From an uncultured Spirochaetota bacterium (GTDB lineage Bacteria; Spirochaetota; UBA4802; UBA5550), in NCBI GenBank assembly GCA_963827275.1, contig CAWHAA010000010.1, forward strand, positions 1-64,000: 64,000 nt of DNA, given 5' to 3'. The notes beneath the pieces are model-generated. The model had not been told where the DNA came from and did no database searches. It was given only the letters and a program-made list of their open reading frames with translations. Positions 7,158-17,567 of the stretch are shown here, one piece after another; the stretch's first letter is position 1, and the number at the start of each line of letters is the position of its first letter. Position numbers and translations under genes: made by a program.

Positions 7158-9140
7158 TCACAGGATATCGATGACAAGGAGGGTTATGTCATCGCTGAAA
7201 GACGGCCCGCCCCTCTTCCATCTATGGAGGTCTGCGATAAGTGTGCGGGAAAATTGTGTCGCGTTCAGGTCTTTATTCCTGGTTATAAATTCTTTAAACT
7301 GGTCGGTGCCATACAGCTCACCGTTGCTGTCTCTACATTCAGTAATCCCGTCCGTGTAAATAATGATCCTGTCATTGCCGGACAGCGGGAAGGTGCGCGA
7401 TCCGGTTGACTTTGCCGGCAGAGTGCTGATGCAGGGGCCCTTCGTGCTTAGTTCCACAAGATCGCCGCTGTTTCTCTTGTAAATAAAAATGGGAAGATGG
7501 CCGGAATTGGCAGTGACCAGCTGACTGTTTTCGACATCTATGATAGTATAACAGGCGGTTACAAAGGTATTTTTGAGCTCTTTTGCAAGTATCATTCTCA
7601 TGCCATCAATTACCTTTTCGGGGTCATTCGCATGGGGTATCTGCAATGAAAACGCAATTTTCACCATGGACGCCACCAGCGCCGCGGGGAAACCGTGCCC
7701 TGAAACGTCACACATCAGCACGCCCATTTTATTTACGCCCAGCGTATGATAATCGTAAAGATCGCCGCCCATCTCGTCGGCAGGTATGTATTCAATGTGG
7801 CTGACAATCCCCTCGATCACCGGGTCCCTGCCGGGAAGCAGCGCCCCGTGGATCCTTTTTGCCATATCGAGTTCATTTGAGATGCGGTCACGCTCCTGCT
7901 TCACTCTGTTATAGCGGTCGCCAAGCCCGAGAGAAAGCAATACAACTTCGATGGACGTACCGAAGTGCAGTATGTAATACGTAAAAGTATTAAGAGGCAC
8001 CACCGCAATTGATCGCAGGAGGAAAACTGTGCCCGCAAAGAACATCACTGACCATGCAGCCATATAATAATAGGCAGGCCTGTATCCCTGGCGCATGATG
8101 ACGGCGCCTGCAATAATGATGACCGGTATCATGACCATGGCGAGAGCGACGCCGATTTTAATACAGGTGGTATAATCAAGATACAGCGGGCAGGTGAGAG
8201 ACAGCAGGCCTGCTATTTTAAGGGCCTGCATTATCGCATGGATGCGCGGGGCATTGTGCCTGGTATCGAGATAGGACTGCGAAAACTGAAAAATCGAAGC
8301 AATGAGAAAGGCCTGCGTCAGCGAGATGAAATGCACCGGCGGCGGGTCTTGCAGATTGGAGAGCGCCAGGTAGAGATAGCCGTTTTGCCCGAGCTGGAAC
8401 ACCCCCATTGCCAGGATGTATATTATGTAATAGAGATACGAAACGTCCCGTACCGATAAAAAAAACAATAGATTAAAAAGGAACATTACCAGCAGGAACC
8501 CGTAATATATACCCAGAATATACTGCTCTGAATATATATAGCGGTAAAATTCTTCAGGAGATCTGAGTATCAGCGGAAATTCCATGCGGTCCATGTTCCG
8601 GAATTTCATGTACAGCGTCCTGGTGGCGTCTGGATCAATATGAATCTCAAAAATAAAATTTCTATGGTGCATGTCCCTTTCATAAAAGGGGTATAGCGTG
8701 CCATAGGTTTTATTAACTACCACCTTTTCATTTTCAACAATAAATAAATCAATTGAATCCATCAGGGGATAGTTCAGCTCGAGAAGCCATTTCTTCCTTT
8801 CCGTACAACGTGATACAAGCGGGACCCGTACCCAGTACACCGACGGGGTAAAGCCGAAACTGGGGTTCGGTGCCTTGCTTTTTTTAAACTTGCTTATAGA
8901 TCCCGGTGACATCACGTCTGCTGCCGCAAGGCTGCCGGCCGGGTCTTCAAGGATATAAATATGCGTGCCCAGATGAATTACATCCGTATCATCCGTTAGA
9001 GTAACGGGTTCGGCGGCTAATGGCAAAACAGGGAGGCAGAGAAATAAAAGCAGACAAAACAAAATGATCGAGTATTCTTTACGCGTGTTAGCGTGATTAA
9101 CGTATCTGCGTGTTATGCTTTCAAGTTTATCACACATCAT
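7158..9140 (-). CDS. 7TM-DISM sensor fused to a SpoIIE/PP2C-type phosphatase
   Basis: DISMED2-like FGFTPSVYWVR...LELNYPLMDSID, a seven-TM region, GGDLYD, CDVSGHG, YTDGITE, DDITL. Confidence 0.93.
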   Translation of the reverse strand: MMCDKLESITRRYVNHANTRKEYSIILFCLLLFLCLPVLPLAAEPVTLTDDTDVIHLGTHIYILEDPAGSLAAADVMSPGSISKFKKSKAPNPSFGFTPSVYWVRVPLVSRCTERKKWLLELNYPLMDSIDLFIVENEKVVVNKTYGTLYPFYERDMHHRNFIFEIHIDPDATRTLYMKFRNMDRMEFPLILRSPEEFYRYIYSEQYILGIYYGFLLVMFLFNLLFFLSVRDVSYLYYIIYILAMGVFQLGQNGYLYLALSNLQDPPPVHFISLTQAFLIASIFQFSQSYLDTRHNAPRIHAIMQALKIAGLLSLTCPLYLDYTTCIKIGVALAMVMIPVIIIAGAVIMRQGYRPAYYYMAAWSVMFFAGTVFLLRSIAVVPLNTFTYYILHFGTSIEVVLLSLGLGDRYNRVKQERDRISNELDMAKRIHGALLPGRDPVIEGIVSHIEYIPADEMGGDLYDYHTLGVNKMGVLMCDVSGHGFPAALVASMVKIAFSLQIPHANDPEKVIDGMRMILAKELKNTFVTACYTIIDVENSQLVTANSGHLPIFIYKRNSGDLVELSTKGPCISTLPAKSTGSRTFPLSGNDRIIIYTDGITECRDSNGELYGTDQFKEFITRNKDLNATQFSRTLIADLHRWKRGGPSFSDDITLLVIDIL

Positions 9141-9429
9141 GCGGTGTATCTCATAATAAACCGGTTTACTTTCAATGAAAGTACGCCTTCACCGGTACCG
9201 TCCGATACTACAGAATGGTTTTATCATTACCAATCATGATATCACAATTCCGGGCCGCCTGTCCACTGTTTTTTATGTTACGATTCGTACCGGGAGACCC
9301 CGGGCAGGAGCGGCTACGGCCATGATCCTTACTTATTATGGAAAAAGAAGATGAAAACAAAAATAACTATACGTTTCGATGCGCATCTATACAATGACAG
9401 CGATTTTATGAACAGGTTTTTTTTGCAGT

Positions 9430-10585
9430 ATGACAACAAACAATACGCCGTGTCTGCTTTCATTCATCCTTTCAGCACTCCTTCTCGCTGCCGCCTGCGA
9501 CGATGCCGGGGGGAAGAACCCCTACCTGATCTATACCGGCAGCAACACCGCCATGAAAATCATCTGGCAGATGAAGGGTACCCATACCTGCACGCTTGAA
9601 TGGGGCACCCGGGAGGGCCTCTACACTGCAGGCCAGGCGACCATCGCCGGAACCGGCGGTCATGCGAGGCTGCGACTTTATTCTCACACACTCGCGGGCC
9701 TTCGTCCGGGAACGAAATATTACTACCGCGTCGCTGGCGGGGACCTCATCCGTACCGGCTCTTTTTACACCGCGCCGGCGGCTGACGCGGCCAGCGTGAG
9801 GTTCCTGGCGTTCGGCGATACCCGTTCCGCGACAACTACCCATGACAGGGTCTGCGCCGGCGCGATGAAAAACTTCACCGACGACCCTGGCACGACCTAC
9901 CAGACCATGGTCATCGGCGTGGGCGACCTGACCTCCGATGGGAATTCCGAAGCCAGGTGGAGCGGCGAATACTTCAACCATGGCCTTGCAGACGCACAGA
10001 AGCTGCGTGCCAGCATGCCCTGCATCCCGCCCATGGGCAATCATGAGAAACCGGGGCATACTCTATAAGAAATACTTCCCCTTCCCTTTTGCGGCACACC
10101 GCTACTGGTCGTACGACTACGGCCCCCTCCACGTGACCGTTGTCGACCAGTATACCGCGTACTCTCCCGGAAGCGCGCAATACCGCTGGATCGAGCAGGA
10201 CCTCGGGAATTCGGGCAAAAAGTGGAAGATCATCTCCCTCCACGAGCCGGGCTGGTCGTGCGCAAGCTCACGGCCGCTTCAAGGCCACGCGAACAACCGT
10301 GACGTGCAAAACTACCTTCAGCCCCTGTGCGTGAAATACGGCGTATCCCTGGTGATTGCCGGCCACAACCACTACTACGCCAGGGCCGAGGTCGACGGGG
10401 TCACGCACCTGACCACGGCAGGCGGCGGCGCGCCCCTCTACACGCCGCGGCGCGGGGAGCCGAACGTTGTCATTGCAGTAAAGTCATATCACTACTGCAG
10501 GTTCGAAATTATCGGAACGAGGCTGACCGGCGAGGCAGTGACGCCTGACGGGACCGTCCTCGACAGGTTCACTATTTCGAGATAA
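9430..10585 (+). CDS. Purple acid phosphatase-like metallophosphoesterase with an FN3-type N-domain (+1 frameshift near 10050; pseudogene or assembly error)
   Basis: Lipobox LAAAC, FGDTR, VGDLT and MGNHE in ORF 9430-10068; SLHEP and IAGHNHYY in ORF 9938-10585. Confidence 0.85.
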
Positions 10586-10639
10586 CGGGATAGCCGGATA
10601 AAGCCGGAGTAGTGCCGGCTATGGAAGGTGGCCCGGGGA

Positions 10640-11647
10640 TTAAAAAATATAGCTCAGGCAAAGATTGACGCTTCGCGACTGGGGGTTAAAAAAGGGATAG
10701 GCGACAAGTTCACCCGGCGACTCGTCTGACCCGGCGTTAACTATCGTAATGCCGACCGTGTCTTTTTTCCGCGTATAGCTGTATCTGCTTGAACGGTGCC
10801 TCACGATCCATTGCCCGACAAAATAACCCAGGGATGCCCCCCAGATTATATCTGATACGAAGTGCTGTTGATTATACATAAGGTTAACGGCATAATATGC
10901 CCCGAGGACATGGCTTATAATTCTCAGCACCCAGCTGTCAAAGTATTCCGCCGCAACTGTTGTCATTGTATAAAGAGTGGCTATATGGCCGGAAGGCGTA
11001 CCATAGGGAAAAAACTCCAGGCTGCGCCCCGGTCCATGGATAATTCCCCTGCCTCCTCCCTGGGGGGGGCCTTCGCGTCCCATCATGAGCTTGAACGAGA
11101 CATGGTAGAACTGGGTAACGCCGATGGCTTCGAGCGTCAGCGATATGTATTCCAGGAGCTTGTTGTTTTTAAAAATCAATCCCGATCCATAAAATATAAG
11201 ACCCCATGAGGCCACGATGCCCGTCCATGCCGTTGTATCGATATGTGGGAACACGTATTTTAAATTTTTTTCCCTGACACCTCCCACCCATTGATGGATC
11301 CGCGTATCAGCAGATACGCCATTAATGGGGATCATGAAAGCGGCGGTCGATGCGATTATACCCCCGGCAGTCAGCCAGTCATAGTTGTCCCAGTCAACAA
11401 AACTCATCGAGCAGGATAGTATGCTTGTCCATATCCTGGGATATAACCACATGTTCTGATAGCGGTATTTGTCGGAGTGGAAGGGATTGAACCTGCCGGC
11501 TTCAACAGGGAGCGGCGCTGTAACTGCAGTATCTGATTTACGGATTTCATCCGGATATGCGGCGCCGGGAAAGATAATACAAATCAATATAACTATCAGG
11601 GAGCTTTTAACAATAATGTTATTAATACATCGCAACATGGTTATCAC
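10640..11647 (-). CDS. PAP2 family phosphatase
   Basis: KLMMGREGP, PSGH and QHFVSD motifs; hydrophobic segments. Confidence 0.8.
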   Translation of the reverse strand: MITMLRCINNIIVKSSLIVILICIIFPGAAYPDEIRKSDTAVTAPLPVEAGRFNPFHSDKYRYQNMWLYPRIWTSILSCSMSFVDWDNYDWLTAGGIIASTAAFMIPINGVSADTRIHQWVGGVREKNLKYVFPHIDTTAWTGIVASWGLIFYGSGLIFKNNKLLEYISLTLEAIGVTQFYHVSFKLMMGREGPPQGGGRGIIHGPGRSLEFFPYGTPSGHIATLYTMTTVAAEYFDSWVLRIISHVLGAYYAVNLMYNQQHFVSDIIWGASLGYFVGQWIVRHRSSRYSYTRKKDTVGITIVNAGSDESPGELVAYPFFNPQSRSVNLCLSYIF

Positions 11648-11885
11648 GTGACCTCCTATCAGTACGGGATGGCCCGGACAGGCCTATTTGTCAAGCTGAA
11701 GTTGGATGGCCTAACACACGTAATCCGCTATAGCGGGATACGTTCCGGGCACACGGCCACGCGGTCTTGTACGCCGGCCAACGCCGGCGAGGATCCCAAT
11801 AAAATCTTGACAGTTGCATCTGTTTTTTTACAGAATGACAACGATATCGCTCGTCGCAGCATGCAAAATCAAGGATACAGTCAGT

Positions 11886-12731
11886 ATGGCCGGTAAAAAA
11901 TATTCATGTTTTTTGTTACTATCAATGATATGCGCCATCACCACGGGGAATCTCCTTGCCGGCGGGATGGAAGAAAAGAGGGATGAGAAAAAGAGATCGC
12001 CCTTCTTCGTGAACCTGAAGATCGACATTCCCGTAATCGCGATGGGCACGCTGGTGGCCACATCAGTGCTCATGCTGGAAGACAGTCTCCCGAAGGGGCA
12101 TCAATCCGACCTGAAGCCCGGACGCGTCAATGTCCTGGACCGGCCTGTCATCGGCTATAACTACCGCAGGTGGGGGATCGTCGGGGACATCGGCACCGTT
12201 GCGATACCGGCGGCCATGTTATGCATGAGCTTCGCGGAGCTCCCCGAATACGGATGGCGCGGAGTGCTGGAGGATTTTCTGATCGTCGGGGAGGCCATCG
12301 CCGTTTCCTCGATGATGAACGAAATCGTCGCCTGCGCGATGCCCCGCCCGCGGCCGTATATGTACAAACCGTACACATGGTACCGGGACGCGCGGAAATC
12401 ATCCTGGGACTGGCGCTCATTTTATTCAGGGCACGCCGGTTCCTGCTTTGCCGCCTCCACCGCGTTTTCCTATCTTTTCACCATGAGACATCCAGACAGC
12501 CCGTGGGTGCCCGCTGTCTGGACCATCTCCCTGGCGGTATCGTCACTGGTGGCCATTTCGCGGCCCCTTGCGAGCCAGCATTTCTGGACCGATATTATTA
12601 TCGGTGCGGCAATCGGGTCCGCGTGGGGCATCCTGATTCCCGTTCTTCACGAGCGGCCTACTGAAAAAGCGCCGGGCGACGTACAGTTCGTCTTTTCACC
12701 AAGCGTCGCGGGTGCGATCTGCTATTTCTAA
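11886..12731 (+). CDS. PAP2 family phosphatase
   Basis: PRPRP, SFYSGH and SRPLASQHFWTD motifs. Confidence 0.88.
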   Translation: MAGKKYSCFLLLSMICAITTGNLLAGGMEEKRDEKKRSPFFVNLKIDIPVIAMGTLVATSVLMLEDSLPKGHQSDLKPGRVNVLDRPVIGYNYRRWGIVGDIGTVAIPAAMLCMSFAELPEYGWRGVLEDFLIVGEAIAVSSMMNEIVACAMPRPRPYMYKPYTWYRDARKSSWDWRSFYSGHAGSCFAASTAFSYLFTMRHPDSPWVPAVWTISLAVSSLVAISRPLASQHFWTDIIIGAAIGSAWGILIPVLHERPTEKAPGDVQFVFSPSVAGAICYF

Positions 12732-12738
12732 CTACGGT

Positions 12739-13584
12739 TTAAAAAAACCTGATACCGGCGGTCAGATGCAGCTGGACGATATGATTGTTGTTAATGTTAT
12801 TAAAATTGGCCATCTTTGTGGGGATGACGGCGCCGTCTTTTACGGCAATGACCTCACGGTACATCTTTGCCAGGACCGTTACCTGAAGATACCAGACCGT
12901 CTTGTCGTTAAAGGCATTGAACATGTTGCCGATTGAGACCCCGAAGACGGGACCGTCACTCTGGAAACGGTCCCTGCTTCGCGTCCATACCGAGTCCGGC
13001 AGGCAATTGAGCCAGAAAATGCTTTCACTGTATCCGGCGGACAATAATTGCACCACAAGGGAGTCCGGCACATTCTTGATCCAGTAGACGCTTACCCCGT
13101 ATCCGACCAGTAATCGCAGGTAGGGGTTCAGGAGATCGGTACGCTTCACGAAAGGAAACCGGACATTCAGCGACAGATAGAACGATGAATCCCACAGGTG
13201 GGCATCTATGCCTGTTATTTTATTCAATCCATATGACACCGGAAGGATCCCGGTGTAATCGTACACCGTCAAATCCTCGAAATAGCTGTAATTGATAAAT
13301 CCTCCCAGCTCAATGCCAAACGCGTCATAGGCCCAGTACCCAAGGTTGACAAAAAGATGGCACCCCCCGTAACTCCAGGTTGATTTTTTGTTTGTTATGG
13401 AGACTGATTCCGAAGGACCGATACCGGCCAAAAAATACGGGCCGTCGTACCATTGCTTCGCCGCGAAATGGCCGTCCCGTTCCAGGGACGACGGCATGGC
13501 GCTCATGGCTTCAGCTTCTTCCCCGGACGCGGCCGGGGCAAACGCCAGGAGGACCATAAGGGTGATGAAAATGGTGCTTTTCAT
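12739..13584 (-). CDS. Hypothetical exported protein, probable outer-membrane beta-barrel
   Basis: Signal peptide, amphipathic aromatic-rich strands, C-terminal LHLTAGIRFF. Confidence 0.6.
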   Translation of the reverse strand: MKSTIFITLMVLLAFAPAASGEEAEAMSAMPSSLERDGHFAAKQWYDGPYFLAGIGPSESVSITNKKSTWSYGGCHLFVNLGYWAYDAFGIELGGFINYSYFEDLTVYDYTGILPVSYGLNKITGIDAHLWDSSFYLSLNVRFPFVKRTDLLNPYLRLLVGYGVSVYWIKNVPDSLVVQLLSAGYSESIFWLNCLPDSVWTRSRDRFQSDGPVFGVSIGNMFNAFNDKTVWYLQVTVLAKMYREVIAVKDGAVIPTKMANFNNINNNHIVQLHLTAGIRFF

Positions 13585-13594
13585 ATGACAGTCC

Positions 13595-14308
13595 TTAAAA
13601 ACGAATGGCAAACGAATATCCTACTCCTGTTGTCGTAATGCGGGGCGATGAAACCACCTCGTAACTAGAAAAAGGAAGCAGGGCGAATGGATTCAGAATA
13701 TACCCGAGGACATGGGCAAAGGTGCAGTTGGTACTCAGGAGCGCCAGGCTTATATATTCCACCGTTATCCCCAGCAGCGTTCCCAGCATCGGCGTCTGGA
13801 AGAGGTCCTGGAAGCTCGGTTTTTCTGTTATCGTTTCTATGGTAAATTCAAATACGAACTGCGAGATAAATCCCCACAGGAAGGCCATGCCCTTTGAGTA
13901 TCCCCGGGACCGGTAAAAAAGATAATACGACATCCCGGCTACGGAATGCATGATAATGTTGTAATAATAGCTGTCCAGGTCAAAATGAGGCTGGTACATG
14001 TTGGTGTACCAGTTCTTGAACGAGCCCACCTGCTGGATGGTGTCCCACTGAAATACCAGGTAATACGCCCACTGCGCGGTATATACCACTCCCAGGTTGA
14101 GGAACATCTCCCCGACCCCCACGTCGCCGCGTATCACATGGCGGAACTTGATTCTTACTTCCGCCTTGTCGGCGGTGTTGTCCGCGGGAATGTCCCGGGG
14201 CGATTTTTGTTCCTGAGCAACTCCCGGTTCCGCCGGGGCAGTCATGGGCCATGCCATCATCGGTGTAATGACGATCATGAGCAGGGTAAAAGATAGTAAT
14301 CGGTGCAT
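13595..14308 (-). CDS. DUF3943-like exported/outer-membrane protein
   Basis: FDLDSYYYNIIMHSVAG...YRSRGYS...EFTIE...EKPSFQDL..TP pattern; C-terminal F. Confidence 0.75.
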   Translation of the reverse strand: MHRLLSFTLLMIVITPMMAWPMTAPAEPGVAQEQKSPRDIPADNTADKAEVRIKFRHVIRGDVGVGEMFLNLGVVYTAQWAYYLVFQWDTIQQVGSFKNWYTNMYQPHFDLDSYYYNIIMHSVAGMSYYLFYRSRGYSKGMAFLWGFISQFVFEFTIETITEKPSFQDLFQTPMLGTLLGITVEYISLALLSTNCTFAHVLGYILNPFALLPFSSYEVVSSPRITTTGVGYSFAIRF

Positions 14309-14432
14309 ATCTGTTTTACATCACGCGATTGATGGATGAATATACCTGCATGAGTAACGATACCTCCATATGGCAACCCATTTTGTCAACAAGAAATGCT
14401 CGCCGGTTCGCGCCGCCGCAGCCTGGCCCATC

Positions 14433-14466
14433 AAAAAACAGGGGCCGCGCTTGCAAGCGAGGCCCC
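14433..14466 (-). terminator. Terminator downstream of the acyl-CoA ligase gene
   Basis: GGGGCC-GCGCT-TGCA-AGCGA-GGCCCC stem with a T run on the minus strand. Confidence 0.75.
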
Positions 14467-14491
14467 CGCATATTCAGCCATGTTTTAACCG

Positions 14492-16309
14492 TTATTCCTG
14501 GGCACCGGTGTACATGCCTTCGATTTCCTTCGCGTACTTTTTATTGATAATTGGGCGCTTCACTTTAAGTGTCGGGGTAAGCTCTCCGCTTGCCTGGCTC
14601 CATTCGGCATCGAGGAGCGTGAACTTCCTTATCTGCTCGACGCGTGCGTAGCTCTTCATGTACTCCTTGATCTCCGCTTCGATCAGCGCGTAGACCTTGT
14701 CGCTGGCGATCAGGTCCGCATTGCCGGTGAAGGCGACCCCGTTTTTCTTCGCCCACTTCTTCAATTCCGCGAAGGCGGGCACGATAAGAGCGGAAAGATA
14801 TTTACGGTTGTCCCCGATGATCGCGACCTGTTCTATATAGAGGGATGTTTTCAGGGAATTCTCGATGTTCTGCGGTGAAATGTTTTTCCCGCCGGAGGTG
14901 ACGATAATGTCCTTGATCCGTCCCGTGATGGACAGGTAGCCGTCTTCGTCGATAATGCCGATGTCCCCGGTCCTGAAATATCCGTCTTTTGTGAAGACTT
15001 CTTTCGTGGCCACGGGGTTCTTGTAGTAGCCCTTCATGACCTGGGGCCCCTTGAGGAGGATCTCCCCTTCGTCGGATATCTTCACGATGGTGTCCTTGAG
15101 CGCGGGACCGACGGTGCCGGGCTTGATCCGGCGGGGCCTGTTCACGTTGGTCACCGGGGTCGTTTCGGTCAATCCGAACCCTTCATATATCTTCAGGTCA
15201 AGGCCGAGGAAGAATTTCAGGTCAGAAACGCCGAGGGGCCCGCCGCCCGAGATCGCGAATTTAAGCTTCTCAAGTCCAACGGCCTTTTTCAATTTTGAGA
15301 GTACAAGCTTGTCGGCCAGCTTGTACTGTAACCCGAAAAGACCTGTCCGCGGCGTGTTCGTGCAGTTATAGGACACATTTTTTTCAGACATTTTCTGGGA
15401 CCAGTTGAAGAGGGCCTTTTTTACCGGGGACGCGTCCATGAACTTCGACAGAATGGCCGAATGGACCCTCTCATATATGCGGGGGACGCTGATCAGGATT
15501 TCAGGTTTTATCTCAACCATGTTTTCCTGAAGGGTTTTTGAGACATCCACAACAAATGCCACCCTCGATCCCATGTATATGGGCGCATAATATCCGACTG
15601 TCCTTTCAAGCGCATGCGAAAGCGGGAGAAATGAAAGAAACGTGTCCTTGTCGGTAAGTATGCCGGTAAAATCCTCGAGACTCTGCTTCACGTTTGAGAT
15701 GAAATTGTGGTGCGTGATCATGACGCCCTTGGGGTTGCCGGTCGTCCCGGAGGTGTAGATGAAGGTCGCCAGGTCCTGCGGCTTGATCGCTTTCAATCGT
15801 TTGTTGAAATCCACTTTTTTCGTGTATTTCGCGCCAGTGCCGTAGACCTGCTCCATGGGAACGATGTTTTTCTTTTTCACGTTAACCGGGTTAAATACGA
15901 TTATCTCTTTGAGCTTGGGAATTTTTTTCCAGGCCTTCATCACCCGGTCAAGATGGTCGGCCGAGCTTACAAAGCAGATCAATGAATCCGAATCGGCAAG
16001 TATGAACTGGGCTTCATCCGAGGAATTGGTGGCATAAATCGGAATATCCACGGCCCCTATTGATAGAATCGCGAGGTCCGCAATCCACCACTCGTAGCGA
16101 TTTTCAGAGAATATCGCGACCTTGTCTCCTTTTTTTATCCCCTTGGAGAGAAGATAGTACGCAACATTATGGACCATCTCGTTCATATCGTTCCATGATA
16201 TGTCGACATACGTTCCATCTTTCTTGTAGGCCACGCAGGCCCTGCTCCCGTACTTTTCAGCCTGGTTCTGAAAAACCGCCGGCATGTTTGTTTCTTTAAA
16301 TTGAGCCAT
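14492..16309 (-). CDS. fadD: Long-chain fatty acid--CoA ligase (AMP-dependent)
   Basis: IYTSGTTGNPKGV, EGFGLTE, FRTGDIG, GRIKDIIVTSGGKNISPQ, ELTPTLKVKR. Confidence 0.93.
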   Translation of the reverse strand: MAQFKETNMPAVFQNQAEKYGSRACVAYKKDGTYVDISWNDMNEMVHNVAYYLLSKGIKKGDKVAIFSENRYEWWIADLAILSIGAVDIPIYATNSSDEAQFILADSDSLICFVSSADHLDRVMKAWKKIPKLKEIIVFNPVNVKKKNIVPMEQVYGTGAKYTKKVDFNKRLKAIKPQDLATFIYTSGTTGNPKGVMITHHNFISNVKQSLEDFTGILTDKDTFLSFLPLSHALERTVGYYAPIYMGSRVAFVVDVSKTLQENMVEIKPEILISVPRIYERVHSAILSKFMDASPVKKALFNWSQKMSEKNVSYNCTNTPRTGLFGLQYKLADKLVLSKLKKAVGLEKLKFAISGGGPLGVSDLKFFLGLDLKIYEGFGLTETTPVTNVNRPRRIKPGTVGPALKDTIVKISDEGEILLKGPQVMKGYYKNPVATKEVFTKDGYFRTGDIGIIDEDGYLSITGRIKDIIVTSGGKNISPQNIENSLKTSLYIEQVAIIGDNRKYLSALIVPAFAELKKWAKKNGVAFTGNADLIASDKVYALIEAEIKEYMKSYARVEQIRKFTLLDAEWSQASGELTPTLKVKRPIINKKYAKEIEGMYTGAQE

Positions 16310-16662
16310 TTGTAACACCCCTGATAATAAATATCATGTAACTGTTTAAATCATTCAGCAGGCATCAATGACGCCTGTCCTGTTTTGTATATTTATATTA
16401 TAAATTGCTCTGGATACCACGGTAGATGCCGGGCCTTTTCTGAAGTGACCCAGGTCTGATCGGGCTTCATGCAACAGAATAATGTGTATACGACATACTT
16501 TAAACCGCTGGAAAATGGTCAAGAAAATTATTTTTGACTATTAAAAGTAAATTATAACGACCGGTAAATTGCACCATAGCAAAGACTTTGTGTATTATGA
16601 AATTTCAGGCAGACCCAATGAACGACGTGGCAAGATGTGAAGGAAAAGCAGGTATGTGGTGT

Positions 16663-16962
16663 TCAGTCAAGGGCGTTATTGAAGTACGCGCGGTGGGCAT
16701 CACAGCGGCACTTTTTGTCCCATGGCTCCGAACACCGGCTGATGAGCGCAATCCTCTCGTTACCCGCCTGCTCGGAGAGCGGTCCAGAGAGGCGTAGTGT
16801 CTCTTCACCGGTAAAGTTGTCCCGCCAAATGGCAACGGTATACGCACGGCAAACAGGGCAGAGGTAATAGACGTCAGTGTATTCATCGCCCATGACACTG
16901 CCGGATATCGATGCGATACGCTCCTCTTTCAGAAAGGCCCTGTTGCAGGTTATGCATTTCAT
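16663..16962 (-). CDS. Small Cys-rich putative metal-binding protein
   Basis: CxxC...CxxC...C-x7-CxCxxH in 99 aa. Confidence 0.7.
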   Translation of the reverse strand: MKCITCNRAFLKEERIASISGSVMGDEYTDVYYLCPVCRAYTVAIWRDNFTGEETLRLSGPLSEQAGNERIALISRCSEPWDKKCRCDAHRAYFNNALD

Positions 16963-17022
16963 AATCAGCCGGTACCGCCGCGCTCACCGCGCGGGACGGC
17001 CTCCTCCCTCACCCGCGCCCGG

Positions 17023-17385
17023 TCATTTGAAAAATCCGTCGCGGAATCCGGCCGCCATGGCAATGGACAGTCCGACGAGCAAGAACCCCCAGGCGCCCAG
17101 CACGACTGCCTGCTCGTGCGCCTGGATGAACTTCACGAGGAACAGCCCCTCATTGCCGATTTTGACCTGCATATAAACAAAAAATCGTACCGCGAGAGGC
17201 ACAATGGAAAAACCCATAATGCAGAACAGGATAAAAGAAATTATTTTGACCGCAGACATCCCCCGCGGGCCGATCGCTTCCTTAGTCAGCATCCCGGTCG
17301 ATTCGAGTATGTTCCCGATCACTGCCGCCAGGACGAAGATCACGAATACTGAAATAAAAAGCACCAGGAATATTTTTATGTTCAT
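17023..17385 (-). CDS. Hypothetical membrane protein (about 3 TM)
   Basis: Three hydrophobic segments. Confidence 0.7.
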   Translation of the reverse strand: MNIKIFLVLFISVFVIFVLAAVIGNILESTGMLTKEAIGPRGMSAVKIISFILFCIMGFSIVPLAVRFFVYMQVKIGNEGLFLVKFIQAHEQAVVLGAWGFLLVGLSIAMAAGFRDGFFK

Positions 17386-17482
17386 TGGCCTTCCCCGAAA
17401 AATTTATGCTATGGAAGCGTATTTTTATTTATTTATCAATTATTTTTTTCTTCAGGACGCTCAGGGAACGTCATGACAGCAT

Positions 17483-17513
17483 AAAAAAGCGGGGGCCTGA
17501 GGTCAGCCCCCGC
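17483..17513 (-). terminator. Terminator downstream of the large lipoprotein gene
   Basis: Minus strand GCGGGGGC-tgacctcag-GCCCCCGC-TTTTTT. Confidence 0.85.
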
Positions 17514-17567
17514 AATCATGTTTAAAAATATGCACCGTTCCCTGAATGTATTGCCCGTGAGTATGTC

